From assembly GCA_904501795.1 (NCBI GenBank), contig CAJGCK010000001.1:1-47452 (forward strand): 47,452 nucleotides of DNA, given 5' to 3'. This stretch comes from an uncultured Clostridia bacterium (GTDB taxonomy: Bacteria; Bacillota; Clostridia; Christensenellales; Borkfalkiaceae). Positions 10,147 through 20,338 of the stretch are shown piece by piece. Positions within the stretch are counted from its first letter, which is position 1, and each line of letters starts with the position of its first letter. The notes under the pieces are model-generated. The model ran no database searches. It was not told the DNA's origin and worked only from the letters and a program-made list of their open reading frames with translations. A program made the position numbers and the translations under genes.

Positions 10147-11304
10147 ATGAAAAATGCTATTATTATAAGATATTGTGAAATTCACCTAAAAGGAAAAAAT
10201 CGTGGTTTTTTTGAGAAACTTCTTAAAGAAAACATAATAAAATCCCTAAAAGGTATCCAACATAATTTTACTCAAATGCATAGCAGATACCTAATAGAAG
10301 ATTTTTTAGATGAAGATTATGATATTATAATCGAAAAATTAAAGAAAATTGCCGGAATACATACGGTTAGTAAAGCAATTGTTGTTCCAAACGATTTTGA
10401 TGATATATTTACTGCATGTAAAGAACTTTGCGCGTATAAAAAAGGAACTTTTAAGGTGCAAACTAATCGCGCAGACAAAACTTTTACGCCCGATTCAATG
10501 CAAACTTCTATGCTTATAGGCGGAAAACTACTAGAAACTTACCCAAACAATCTTAAAGTTGACGTAAAAAACCCCGAATTTACTATATGGATAGATATTA
10601 GGGAAGATAAAAAGACTTTTATTTATACCGACGTTATAAACTGTATGAGCGGTATGCCTGTTGGCTCTAGCGGAAAAGGTTTGTTACTACTTTCTGGCGG
10701 AATTGATAGCCCTGTTGCAGGTTATATGATGTGTAAACGTGGCATGAAATTAAACTGTTTGCATTTCCATAGTTATCCTTATACAAATGAAGCGGCAAAG
10801 GAAAAAGTTATAGATCTTGCAAAAAAGATTGCTGAATATAACGGTGGAATTAATTTATACGTTGTATCATTTACAAAAATACAAGAAGAAATTCACAAAA
10901 ATTGCCCCGAAGAATTTATGATAACCCTAATGCGTAGATTTATGATGAGAATAGCTGAAAGACTTGCTAATCAACAACATGATCAAACCATAATTACAGG
11001 GGAAAGCTTAGGACAAGTTGCAAGTCAAACAATAGAAAGCATCACTTCTTCTAACTCGGTAGTAACTCTTCCAGTGCTACGCCCACTAATTGCTTTTGAT
11101 AAAATCGATATAATTAATATTTCGCGTAAAATAGACACATACGAAACGTCAATACTTCCATATGAAGATTGTTGCACGGTATTCTTACCAAAATTCCCCG
11201 CAATAAAACCAAATTTAGAAAAGGTTATAAAAGCGGAAAGTAGATTAAACGTTGAAAAATTAATTGACGATGCTTTCTTAAACGTTGAAAAATACGTATT
11301 TTAA
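10147..11304 (+). CDS. thiI: tRNA 4-thiouridine synthase ThiI
   Basis: 385 aa with a THUMP-like N-terminus and the PP-loop SGGIDSPVA. Confidence 0.9.
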   Translation: MKNAIIIRYCEIHLKGKNRGFFEKLLKENIIKSLKGIQHNFTQMHSRYLIEDFLDEDYDIIIEKLKKIAGIHTVSKAIVVPNDFDDIFTACKELCAYKKGTFKVQTNRADKTFTPDSMQTSMLIGGKLLETYPNNLKVDVKNPEFTIWIDIREDKKTFIYTDVINCMSGMPVGSSGKGLLLLSGGIDSPVAGYMMCKRGMKLNCLHFHSYPYTNEAAKEKVIDLAKKIAEYNGGINLYVVSFTKIQEEIHKNCPEEFMITLMRRFMMRIAERLANQQHDQTIITGESLGQVASQTIESITSSNSVVTLPVLRPLIAFDKIDIINISRKIDTYETSILPYEDCCTVFLPKFPAIKPNLEKVIKAESRLNVEKLIDDAFLNVEKYVF

Positions 11305-11305
11305 A

Positions 11306-13525
11306 TTAATCAAATTGATTTTCCCACCATTTTTCGCCAGGCAATTTGCTTGGCGTTTTAATTTTATTTAATTTGTATTCTTCGCCTTTAATGATTTTAT
11401 TATTTGCTTTTATATAGGGGATAATAGAATATTCATAAGTTTTGTCACGTTCGATATCAAAATCTAAAATGTTCTCTTTTTTTCCGTCAATTAGGCTATC
11501 ATAAAACAAATATTTTTTTCCATTAATAGATTTATAAATATAAAAATCATAGTATTGTGCCACACATAAACCTATTTGAATTCCCTTGTTATTTACTGAT
11601 ATATTAGCATTTTGAATTTTAGGGGATAAAAATCTTGATGAATACACTTTTGGAATATGACTACTTTTAAAAATGCATTCAATTTTATATTCACTTGGCG
11701 TGTTTTCATCAGCAAGTTCTATTGATCCGTCACCTAGACTAAACTTGTCTACCCAGCAAGTAGATATTCCTTTTTCTTTAATTGGCTCAGGAGTGAAGCT
11801 ATAATATAATTTATCTAAAATATTTTTATTAACAATGGTAGGTGTTGTTCCACCGGTTACGTTATTTGTTAACATTTCGTCACCTTTATTTCCAATCCAT
11901 ACTCCAAGTAAATTTTCACTAGTATATGAAATACAATACGCATCGGTATTTCCGTTTTTATTACCAACTGTTCCAGTTTTTGCATAAACGGAATAAGAAA
12001 TAGGTGATAATTTTTTTGCAGTACCTGTTTTTGTAGTCCCGTTTGCATATTGATTTATTACAGAAACGGTATCTTCATCAAATATTTTTATATTATTTTC
12101 ATTTCTTTTGTATATTATCATGCCGTTTTCATTTGTTATTTTATCAATACAAGTTTGTTTTTTATAATTTCCGCTATTTAAAAAAACATTGTAACAACCA
12201 ACTAAATTTGATAATTTTTCGCCGTTTAACGTAGAGCCAAGTGCAAGTGATAACGAATTATCTTTATCGTTCAGTTCAAAACCCATTTTTTTAAGGTAGT
12301 TTTTACTTTTTTCCACGCCCGTATAGTTTAATAATTTTACTGCACAAACGTTAGAACTTTTTTCAAATGCTTCTTTTATGGTTATATTTCCGTAATAAAT
12401 ATCGTTATAATTTGAAGGGGAATAGCCAGAAAAATCAGTTTTTTCATCTTTAATTATTGAACAAGGATATACAACGTTGTTTTGAATAGCGGGCGCATAA
12501 ACTAATAAAGGTTTAATCGTAGAACCAACTTGTCTTTTAATGTCGCCACAAGTTGATGAATAAGCTAAAATTCTATTGCTTTTATCTAATAATATTGATG
12601 ATTTTTCACAGTCTATATTAACGCTATTTATTTCATTGTTTAAAATTTGCTGGTTATGTTTTGAAAAAGAAGTGTAAACATTATAAGTCTTTGCAATAAG
12701 ATTATTTTCTTCAATAATTTTTGAAAGTTCTTTGCTTGCTAAATATTTAAAATCATATTTGTTTTGATTAACGTTTAACTCAATTTCTTTATCTTTATTA
12801 ATTAAATACTCTTTTTCACTTATAAACCCGCAATCAAACATGTTTTTTAGCACGACGTTCCTTCTTTTTAAACATCTATCATAATTAACTAGTGGCGAAT
12901 AGTGTGACGGGGCTTTAACAAGCCCCGCAAGAAGCGCACACTGATTTAAATTTAGTTTGTCGGGTGATACCGAAAAGTAAAAGTTTGACGCGTTATAAAT
13001 ACCAAAACAGTTTTCACCAAAATATATACTTTGAAGATACATGCTTAATATTTCATCTTTAGTAAATTCTTTCTCAAGTTGTTTTGCTAGTTTTATTTCG
13101 ACTAATTTTCTTTTTATTGTTTTGTCATTAGACAAATGCGTGTTTTTAATTAATTGTTGAGATATTGTTGAACCGCCTTCTTTAAACGACAACGATTTAA
13201 CGTTATTGATCGTTGCACGAAGAATGCTTTTATAATCAACCCCTTTATGTTGATAAAATCTTCTATCTTCGGTAGAAATAAAAGCATTTTTTAAATGAGT
13301 AGGGTAAATTTGACTAACTTTAACACATTCTACGTCCTTTCCGTTCACGCTTGAAAAATTTTCACCGTTAGAATCGTAATAATTAATTGATTTGTTGATT
13401 GATAAAAGATATTTTTTATCTAAATTTACTGAATTTGTTATTGAAAGATAAAAAATAAAAGCACCAAGCAGTACGACCACTATGCTTAAAAGAAAATATA
13501 AAGTAATTTTTATTGACTTTCTCAT
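11306..13525 (-). CDS. Class A penicillin-binding protein (glycosyltransferase plus transpeptidase), PBP1A-like
   Basis: 739 aa with an N-terminal TM anchor, GT51 motifs EDRRFYQHKGVD and GGSTISQQL, and transpeptidase motifs STIKP and KTGT. About 150 aa of C-terminal extension has no assigned function. Confidence 0.85.
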   Translation of the reverse strand: MRKSIKITLYFLLSIVVVLLGAFIFYLSITNSVNLDKKYLLSINKSINYYDSNGENFSSVNGKDVECVKVSQIYPTHLKNAFISTEDRRFYQHKGVDYKSILRATINNVKSLSFKEGGSTISQQLIKNTHLSNDKTIKRKLVEIKLAKQLEKEFTKDEILSMYLQSIYFGENCFGIYNASNFYFSVSPDKLNLNQCALLAGLVKAPSHYSPLVNYDRCLKRRNVVLKNMFDCGFISEKEYLINKDKEIELNVNQNKYDFKYLASKELSKIIEENNLIAKTYNVYTSFSKHNQQILNNEINSVNIDCEKSSILLDKSNRILAYSSTCGDIKRQVGSTIKPLLVYAPAIQNNVVYPCSIIKDEKTDFSGYSPSNYNDIYYGNITIKEAFEKSSNVCAVKLLNYTGVEKSKNYLKKMGFELNDKDNSLSLALGSTLNGEKLSNLVGCYNVFLNSGNYKKQTCIDKITNENGMIIYKRNENNIKIFDEDTVSVINQYANGTTKTGTAKKLSPISYSVYAKTGTVGNKNGNTDAYCISYTSENLLGVWIGNKGDEMLTNNVTGGTTPTIVNKNILDKLYYSFTPEPIKEKGISTCWVDKFSLGDGSIELADENTPSEYKIECIFKSSHIPKVYSSRFLSPKIQNANISVNNKGIQIGLCVAQYYDFYIYKSINGKKYLFYDSLIDGKKENILDFDIERDKTYEYSIIPYIKANNKIIKGEEYKLNKIKTPSKLPGEKWWENQFD

Positions 13526-13552
13526 AAGGTTAGTATAAATATTTAAATTTAT

Positions 13553-13581
13553 ATTATACTTTTATATTTAAAAATTGACAA
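13553..13581 (-). promoter_or_regulatory. Sigma-A type promoter for the PBP gene
   Basis: On the minus strand: TTGTCA (13581-13576), a 17-nt spacer, then TATAAT (13558-13553). Confidence 0.55.
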
Positions 13582-13603
13582 AACACTTGATTTAAGATAT
13601 TAT
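13575..13603 (+). promoter_or_regulatory. Sigma-A type promoter for miaB; its -35 overlaps the divergent PBP promoter -35
   Basis: TTGACA 13575-13580, a 17-nt spacer, then TATTAT 13598-13603. The miaB ATG starts 8 nt after the -10 hexamer. Confidence 0.6.
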
Positions 13604-13610
13604 ATTTAAT

Positions 13611-14933
13611 ATGGAAAATTGTGCAAAAAAATATTTAATAACCACCTATGGTTGCCAAATGAATTTACACGAGTCTGAAAAACTTGCAGGCATTTTAACT
13701 AGTATGGGGTATGAAAGCACTTCAAAAGAAAACGAAGCAGACGTTATAGTTTTCAACACTTGTTGCATACGTGAAAATGCCGAAGATAGAGCAGAGGGTA
13801 ATATTGGCGCGTTAAAACAGCTTAAAAAGAAAAATAAAAACCTTATAATTGCGGTTGGCGGATGTATGACGCAACAAAAAGGCGAAGCGGAAAAACTTCA
13901 TAAAAAATTTCCCTTTATTGATATAATCTTCGGTACACACAACTTAGAAAATTTTAAAGAATTACTACTAGAAAAAATATCTTCTAAAAAATCTATATTA
14001 GCCGTTATGGAAAAAGAAGGTGAAATAATCGAGGGAACGCCTAGATTTAGGACGAGTTTTCCAAACGCTTGGGTTAATATTGCGTACGGTTGTAATAATT
14101 TTTGTTCATATTGCATTGTTCCTTACGTTAGAGGTAGAGAAAGGAGTAGAAAATTTAGCGACGTTGTAGCCGAGTGCAAAGAATTAATTAAACAAGGCTA
14201 TAAAGAAATAACGCTTTTGGGACAAAACGTAAACTCTTATGGGAACGACACTAAAGAAGCCGATTTTTCGGATTTATTAAACGAGATTGCTTCGATTGAA
14301 GGTGATTTTAGGCTTAGATATATGACAAATCACCCAAAAGATCTTTCTGAAAAACTTGCACTAACCATAAAAAACAACCCTAAAATTTGCAAATCTATTC
14401 ACCTGCCACTTCAAGCAGGATCAAACAACGTATTAAAAAATATGAATAGAAAATACACGCAAGAAGACTATCTAAATAAGGTAGAACTACTTAGAAAACA
14501 CGTCCCCGATATCGCCATTACAACAGATATTATGGTTGGATTCCCAGGCGAAACTGATGAAGATTTTAACGAGACTGTTTCAGTAGTAAAAAAAGTTAAT
14601 TTTTCAGGCGCGTTTACTTTTATTTACTCAAGAAGAAAGGGGACTCCTGCCGATAAAATGCCAAATCAAATACCGCCCGAAATTTCAAAAAAACGTATTA
14701 TCGAACTCATTAATCTACAAAACTCAATCAACCGAAAAGATTCTAAAAATTATTTAGGCAAAACCGTTCAAATTTTATGCGAAGGGTTTGATGAAAAGAA
14801 AAAATTGTATTTAGGAAGAGACGAGTATGGCAGAATGGCTTATTTTAACGGCAACAACCAAGATTTAGGCAATTTTGTTTGCGTTAAAATCACCAAAACT
14901 GGCGGGATTTCGCTTTATGGCGAAAAGATATAA
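13611..14933 (+). CDS. miaB: tRNA-2-methylthio-N6-dimethylallyladenosine synthase MiaB (radical SAM methylthiotransferase)
   Basis: 440 aa with an N-terminal UPF0004 Cys triad (YGCQMN...), the radical SAM motif CNNFCSYC and a C-terminal TRAM domain. An in-frame TAA at 13593-13595 precludes a longer N-terminus. Confidence 0.9.
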   Translation: MENCAKKYLITTYGCQMNLHESEKLAGILTSMGYESTSKENEADVIVFNTCCIRENAEDRAEGNIGALKQLKKKNKNLIIAVGGCMTQQKGEAEKLHKKFPFIDIIFGTHNLENFKELLLEKISSKKSILAVMEKEGEIIEGTPRFRTSFPNAWVNIAYGCNNFCSYCIVPYVRGRERSRKFSDVVAECKELIKQGYKEITLLGQNVNSYGNDTKEADFSDLLNEIASIEGDFRLRYMTNHPKDLSEKLALTIKNNPKICKSIHLPLQAGSNNVLKNMNRKYTQEDYLNKVELLRKHVPDIAITTDIMVGFPGETDEDFNETVSVVKKVNFSGAFTFIYSRRKGTPADKMPNQIPPEISKKRIIELINLQNSINRKDSKNYLGKTVQILCEGFDEKKKLYLGRDEYGRMAYFNGNNQDLGNFVCVKITKTGGISLYGEKI

Positions 14934-14954
14934 AACCAACTAAGGAAAAATATT

Positions 14955-17564
14955 ATGGGCAAATCAAAAAACAAGAACACCAATGGCGTTTCGCCAATGA
15001 TGAATCATTATAGAGATCTTAAGAAAAAATATCCTGATTGTATTGTTTTTTACAGATTAGGCGATTTTTACGAGATGTTTGACGACGACGCAAAAAAAGC
15101 ATCCGAAATGTTAGATTTAACTTTAACTGGTAGGGACTGTGGAGAAGGAAAACGCGCACCTATGTGCGGAGTTCCTTTTCACTCTGCTGATTCTTATATT
15201 GCAAAACTTGTTTCTTTTGGCGAAAAAGTTGCAATTTGCGAACAATTAACACCGCCGACTAAAGGTGAATTAGTTATACGTGACGTTGTAAAAATAGTGA
15301 CGGCTGGTACAATTACTGATAACCAAGCATTAGACGATAAAGCCAATAATTTTCTAGCGTGCGTATATGCTAATAATAACGAATATTCAGTCGCTTGGGT
15401 CGATATTACCACGGGTGAATTCTACGTTAAATCGTTTTTAGAAAACGCTCAAAACAGCGTATGTGACTTTTTAGTTAAAATTTCACCCGCAGAAATTATT
15501 GCAAACCAACAAGCATCACAAACTTTTAATGATTTTCCTATTGTAAAACATGGCGTAATTCCTAGATTTTCGGAATATTTGGAAAGTCAGTTTTCACCAT
15601 TATCGGCAACAAAACTTATTAAAGAACAACTTGGTGTTTCTAATCTTGCTTCTATTAATTTAGATAACGAAAATTATATATGCGTTTCTGGTGCACTTTT
15701 ATCCTATCTTAAAGAGACCCAAAAACACGCTCTAAAAAACATAACTGAAATTAGTGTGCAAAACGCTTCTTCAGGGTTAACGCTCGATGGAACGGCGATT
15801 AAAAACCTTGAACTAGTTAAAACGCTAAGAGATGGTAAAAGATACGGCTCACTTTTGTGGCTTTTAGACAAAACCAAAACTTCAATGGGCGCAAGAAAAC
15901 TCCATTCTTGGATTCTTTCGCCGTTATACGATATAGAAAAAATTAAATATCGCCAAGACGGTGTAGAATCATTTTATAACAACACGTTAATTAGGGAGGA
16001 AGTTGCTTTTTTACTTTCATCTGTTAGAGACGTTGCAAGAATAACAGGAAAACTTTCTAACGGAAATTTAACGCCGAAGGACTGTGAGGCACTAAAGAAA
16101 TCTTTAGAAATTTTCCCTTCGCTCAAATTTAAACTACTAGGTTTTAATAATCAATTTATTTTAGATATTTTAGCTTCTCTTCCTGACTTTAGCGATTTGG
16201 TTTCAATGCTTGATAATGCTTTTATTGAGAACCCGCCCGCTACGATTAAAGACGGTGGTTACATAAAAGAAGGTTTTAGCGTTGAATTAGACGAGATAAG
16301 AAACATTAAAGACAATAGTAAAAACGTTATTAAAAATTTAGAAATTGAAGAACGTGAAAAAACGGGTATAAAAACGTTAAAAATTAATTATAATCGTGTG
16401 TTTGGCTATTTTATTGAACTAACTAATTCAGTAAAACATTTAGCGCCTTATTACTACAAAAGAAGACAAACTCTTACTACGGGTGAGAGATACGTTACCG
16501 ACCAGCTTAAAGAGTTAGAAGAAAAACTTTTGTCTGCGGAAGAACGTTTTTCTTCGTTAGAAACTCAACTTTTTAACGAAATTAAAAACATTTTGCTTTC
16601 TAACATTGATAAACTAAAAAAATCAGCCAATGCACTTGCAGAATTAGACGTTATAATTTCTTTTGCAAGAGTTGCAAAAGAAAACTTCTACGTTAGACCA
16701 GAGATAACTTCAAGCGATCAACCGTTAAAAATTATTAACGGCAGACACCCTGTTGTAGAAGCTGTTTCACAACAATCTTTTGTGGCAAATGATTGTATAT
16801 TAGACAATAATGAAAACCGTACTTCTATAATCACAGGACCAAATATGGCGGGGAAAAGCACGTATATGCGTCAGGTTGCAACAATTACACTTATGGCGCA
16901 TATAGGCTCTTTTGTCCCGGCTGATAGCGCGACTATTCCTTTAGTTGACAAAATTTTTACTAGAATAGGTGCGAGCGATAATTTGGTTTTTGATCAAAGT
17001 ACTTTTATGGTAGAAATGGCTGAAATGGCTTACATTATAAATAACGCCACTTCAAATAGTTTAATTATCCTAGATGAAATAGGTCGTGGTACAAGTACTT
17101 TTGATGGGCTTAGTATTGCTTGGGCTATAATCGAGCACGTGAACAATAAAATCAAAGCAAAAACCTTGTTCGCAACTCATTATCACGAACTTACCGAACT
17201 TGAAGGAGTTTTAGAAGGTGTAAAAAATTATAAAGTTACAGTAAAAGAGCATTTGGGTAGCATAGTTTTCTTAAGAAAAATTATGCGTGGCGGAACTAAT
17301 AAAAGTTTTGGTATCGAAGTAGCTAAACTTGCAGGAATAAAAAATACTGTAACGGATAGAGCAAAAGTCATATTAAAATCACTTGAAAAAAACGACTTAA
17401 CTAAAAATAAAAACAACTTTATTAACGATGAAGAAACAACTTCCAACGTTAAACTTACAGAAATTGAGAGAATAATTGATGATATAGATGTCAACATGCT
17501 CTCGCCAATGAATGCGTTTAACGTTTTAGTAGATCTTAAAGAAAAATTAGATAAGAGAAAATAA
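14955..17564 (+). CDS. mutS: DNA mismatch repair protein MutS
   Basis: 869 aa with N-terminal TPMMNHY...GDFYEMF, Walker A GPNMAGKST and DEIGRGTSTFDG. Confidence 0.95.
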   Translation: MGKSKNKNTNGVSPMMNHYRDLKKKYPDCIVFYRLGDFYEMFDDDAKKASEMLDLTLTGRDCGEGKRAPMCGVPFHSADSYIAKLVSFGEKVAICEQLTPPTKGELVIRDVVKIVTAGTITDNQALDDKANNFLACVYANNNEYSVAWVDITTGEFYVKSFLENAQNSVCDFLVKISPAEIIANQQASQTFNDFPIVKHGVIPRFSEYLESQFSPLSATKLIKEQLGVSNLASINLDNENYICVSGALLSYLKETQKHALKNITEISVQNASSGLTLDGTAIKNLELVKTLRDGKRYGSLLWLLDKTKTSMGARKLHSWILSPLYDIEKIKYRQDGVESFYNNTLIREEVAFLLSSVRDVARITGKLSNGNLTPKDCEALKKSLEIFPSLKFKLLGFNNQFILDILASLPDFSDLVSMLDNAFIENPPATIKDGGYIKEGFSVELDEIRNIKDNSKNVIKNLEIEEREKTGIKTLKINYNRVFGYFIELTNSVKHLAPYYYKRRQTLTTGERYVTDQLKELEEKLLSAEERFSSLETQLFNEIKNILLSNIDKLKKSANALAELDVIISFARVAKENFYVRPEITSSDQPLKIINGRHPVVEAVSQQSFVANDCILDNNENRTSIITGPNMAGKSTYMRQVATITLMAHIGSFVPADSATIPLVDKIFTRIGASDNLVFDQSTFMVEMAEMAYIINNATSNSLIILDEIGRGTSTFDGLSIAWAIIEHVNNKIKAKTLFATHYHELTELEGVLEGVKNYKVTVKEHLGSIVFLRKIMRGGTNKSFGIEVAKLAGIKNTVTDRAKVILKSLEKNDLTKNKNNFINDEETTSNVKLTEIERIIDDIDVNMLSPMNAFNVLVDLKEKLDKRK

Positions 17565-19430
17565 ATGAACGAGATTAATTTATTATCAAGTAAAATTTAC
17601 AATAGAATAGCAGCGGGTGAAGTAGTTGAACGCCCAGCGTCAATAGTAAAAGAGCTAATAGAGAATTCATTAGATGCAGGCGCTAATAAAATTATAGTTA
17701 CTATTCAAGACGGTGGTATAACTCAAATAATAGTTACCGATAATGGATCAGGAATAGATAAAACCCAATTGAAAAAAGCGTTGATGCCACATGCTACTAG
17801 CAAAATTTCAAGCTTAAAAGACCTAGACTCTATTTCTTCATTAGGTTTTAGGGGAGAAGCTTTGCCTAGTATTGCTTCCGTTTCTAAACTAACTATAGCC
17901 TCAAAAACTAACGACCAAGAAATAGGCGCTTCAATATTTACAGAAGGTGGAGTAAATTCTGAAATTTTAGAATCTTCTTGCCAAAACGGAACAACCGTTA
18001 CCGTGGATAACGTGTTTTTTAATACGCCGGCTAGGGCTAAATTCTTAAAAACCCCTCGTGCAGAAGAAGGGGAGATTACTTCGCTAATATCTAAATTTAT
18101 TTTAGGCAATCCTTTCGTATCTTTTAAATACCTTTCAAATGGTAAAACTATTCTACAATCTTTTGGTGACGGATTAGAATCTGCCATGGTCCAAGTTTAC
18201 GGAGCAAACGTAATAAACGATTGTTTTTATATAGATACCGTAAAAAACGGCCTAAAAATTACAGGTTATATAGGTAAACACTATTTTTCTAAACCAAATA
18301 GAACCTACCAAACTGTATTCTTAAACGGCAGAAGAATAATTAATCAAACTATTGCAAGCGCAATTTCTAATGCGTATAACAGCTATTTAATGACAAGACA
18401 GTATCCGTTTTACGTTTTATCGCTTGAAATTCCTTTTGATATTGTCGACGTGAACGTTCACCCAAACAAACTAGACGTTAGATTTGCAAACAACCAAATA
18501 ATTTATGGAAGCATTTATTCAGTTATATCAAAAGTTTTAGACGGGTCAGGAGAGGCCCTTAATATTGTTTCGCCAACACGTCAACCGCTCGAAACTAAAA
18601 CGGATAATCATTATAATTTTATTGAGAAAATTAATAATGATTATGTCACACATAAAAAGGATATAGCATCAAATTCTTTTGTCTTTTCAGATAGCGCTAT
18701 AGAAAATAAATTACTAAGTAATTATAAAGAAAAAGAAGAAAAGGAAAAAAGTATTGCCGATATTTTTGCGGAAAATAAGGCATATATAGAAAAACTTGAA
18801 AAAGAAAAGATTGAACAAAAACAATTTATTGTAAGCCAAGAAAAAATTAAAATTGACAAAAAACTTAATTTAATAGGTCAAGCGCTTAATACTTTTATTA
18901 TTTTAGACGACGGGGAAAACTTATATTTTATTGACCAACACGCCGCACACGAAAGAATTTTGTATGACAAGTTAAATCTCGCAATATCATCTAACGATAT
19001 TCCTCAACAGCCACTTCTTGTGCCTTACGTTTTCAACGTTAATCCTAGTGAAATGGAATTTTTGTTAAACAACGTTAATAATATCAGAGAAATCGGTATA
19101 GAAATTGAACAATTTGGCAACGATTTGTTTAAAATTTCATCAATTCCCACAGTTTTGTCTCATTTAAATCTTAAATTATTTATTGACAATCTTTTAAGTA
19201 ATGTTAATGGATACAAAAGCATTAGTTTGAATGATATTTTAAAAGAAAAAGTTGCAAAAATTGCTTGTAAAAGCGCAATTAAATCGGGCGATAAACTTAC
19301 TGATAGTGAAATTGATTTTTTACTTAAACTTTTACAAAATGACTTAGGGTTAAAATGCCCACATGGTAGGCCCGTTGCAATTAAAATTACAAGAATGGAA
19401 ATCGATAAATGGTTCAAACGAATAGTATAA
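17565..19430 (+). CDS. mutL: DNA mismatch repair protein MutL
   Basis: 621 aa with GHKL ATPase motifs (IAAGEVVERPASIVKELIENSLDAG, DNGSGI) and the C-terminal endonuclease motif DQHAAHERI. Confidence 0.95.
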   Translation: MNEINLLSSKIYNRIAAGEVVERPASIVKELIENSLDAGANKIIVTIQDGGITQIIVTDNGSGIDKTQLKKALMPHATSKISSLKDLDSISSLGFRGEALPSIASVSKLTIASKTNDQEIGASIFTEGGVNSEILESSCQNGTTVTVDNVFFNTPARAKFLKTPRAEEGEITSLISKFILGNPFVSFKYLSNGKTILQSFGDGLESAMVQVYGANVINDCFYIDTVKNGLKITGYIGKHYFSKPNRTYQTVFLNGRRIINQTIASAISNAYNSYLMTRQYPFYVLSLEIPFDIVDVNVHPNKLDVRFANNQIIYGSIYSVISKVLDGSGEALNIVSPTRQPLETKTDNHYNFIEKINNDYVTHKKDIASNSFVFSDSAIENKLLSNYKEKEEKEKSIADIFAENKAYIEKLEKEKIEQKQFIVSQEKIKIDKKLNLIGQALNTFIILDDGENLYFIDQHAAHERILYDKLNLAISSNDIPQQPLLVPYVFNVNPSEMEFLLNNVNNIREIGIEIEQFGNDLFKISSIPTVLSHLNLKLFIDNLLSNVNGYKSISLNDILKEKVAKIACKSAIKSGDKLTDSEIDFLLKLLQNDLGLKCPHGRPVAIKITRMEIDKWFKRIV

Positions 19431-20338
19431 AAGATAAAATTTTAATAATTTGCGGGCCAACGGCGTCTGGGAAAACCGCGTTATCGGTTGAAATTGCAAA
19501 AAGGATTAACGGTGAGATTATTTCTGCAGATTCAATGTATATCTATAAAGGATTAAACGTTGGCACTGCAAAACCTACCGTTGAAGAAAGGTGTAATATT
19601 CCGCATTACTTAATAGACGTTATTGAGTTTAATGAAAAATTTACCGTCAGTGATTATAGAGAATTAGCAAAAAATTCTATTAGCGACGTTATTTCACGTG
19701 GCAAAACGCCTATAATAGTTGGCGGGACAGGTTTTTATATAAATTCTATTTTATATAATTTATCCTACGGAAATGGAGTAGGAGATGAAAAAGTTAGACA
19801 AAAATATAAAGATATTGCCGAAAAAAAAGGTAATCAGTACGTTTATGACTTATTACTTGAAGTAGACGAGGAATCGGCAAAAAAACTTCATCCAAACGAC
19901 GTAAAACGCGTTATAAGAGCGCTAGAAATTTATGAAAGCGGTATCAAAAAATCACAACTTAACGACCAAATGATTCCTGAATACGATTATCTAGCTTTTT
20001 GTATTGATTTCGATAGACAAACTTTATATAAACGAATTGATAAAAGAGTTGATTTAATGATTAAACAAGGACTAATTAACGAAGTAAAAAGTTTAATCGA
20101 AAAAGGCGCTTCATTAAACAATCAATGCATGCAGGCGATAGGTTATAAAGAAATATATGAATACTTAACTTTTAATCTTTCACTTGATGAGACTGTTCAA
20201 AAAATTAAAACAAACACTCGCCACTATGCAAAAAGACAAATTACGTTTTTTAAGAAAATGCCTAATTTAGAATATTTAATACCTAAAGATATTAACGTTT
20301 TAGCAGAGGAAATAATTAATAAATATGATAGACTCTAA
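19409..20338 (+). CDS. miaA: tRNA dimethylallyltransferase MiaA
   Basis: 309 aa with the P-loop GPTASGKT. It overlaps the mutL end by 22 nt. The mutS-mutL-miaA order is conserved. Confidence 0.9.
   Translation: MVQTNSIKDKILIICGPTASGKTALSVEIAKRINGEIISADSMYIYKGLNVGTAKPTVEERCNIPHYLIDVIEFNEKFTVSDYRELAKNSISDVISRGKTPIIVGGTGFYINSILYNLSYGNGVGDEKVRQKYKDIAEKKGNQYVYDLLLEVDEESAKKLHPNDVKRVIRALEIYESGIKKSQLNDQMIPEYDYLAFCIDFDRQTLYKRIDKRVDLMIKQGLINEVKSLIEKGASLNNQCMQAIGYKEIYEYLTFNLSLDETVQKIKTNTRHYAKRQITFFKKMPNLEYLIPKDINVLAEEIINKYDRL

Noticed and set aside
17723-18187. 154-aa minus-strand ORF
   Set aside because: It is antisense inside mutL and is a shadow ORF.
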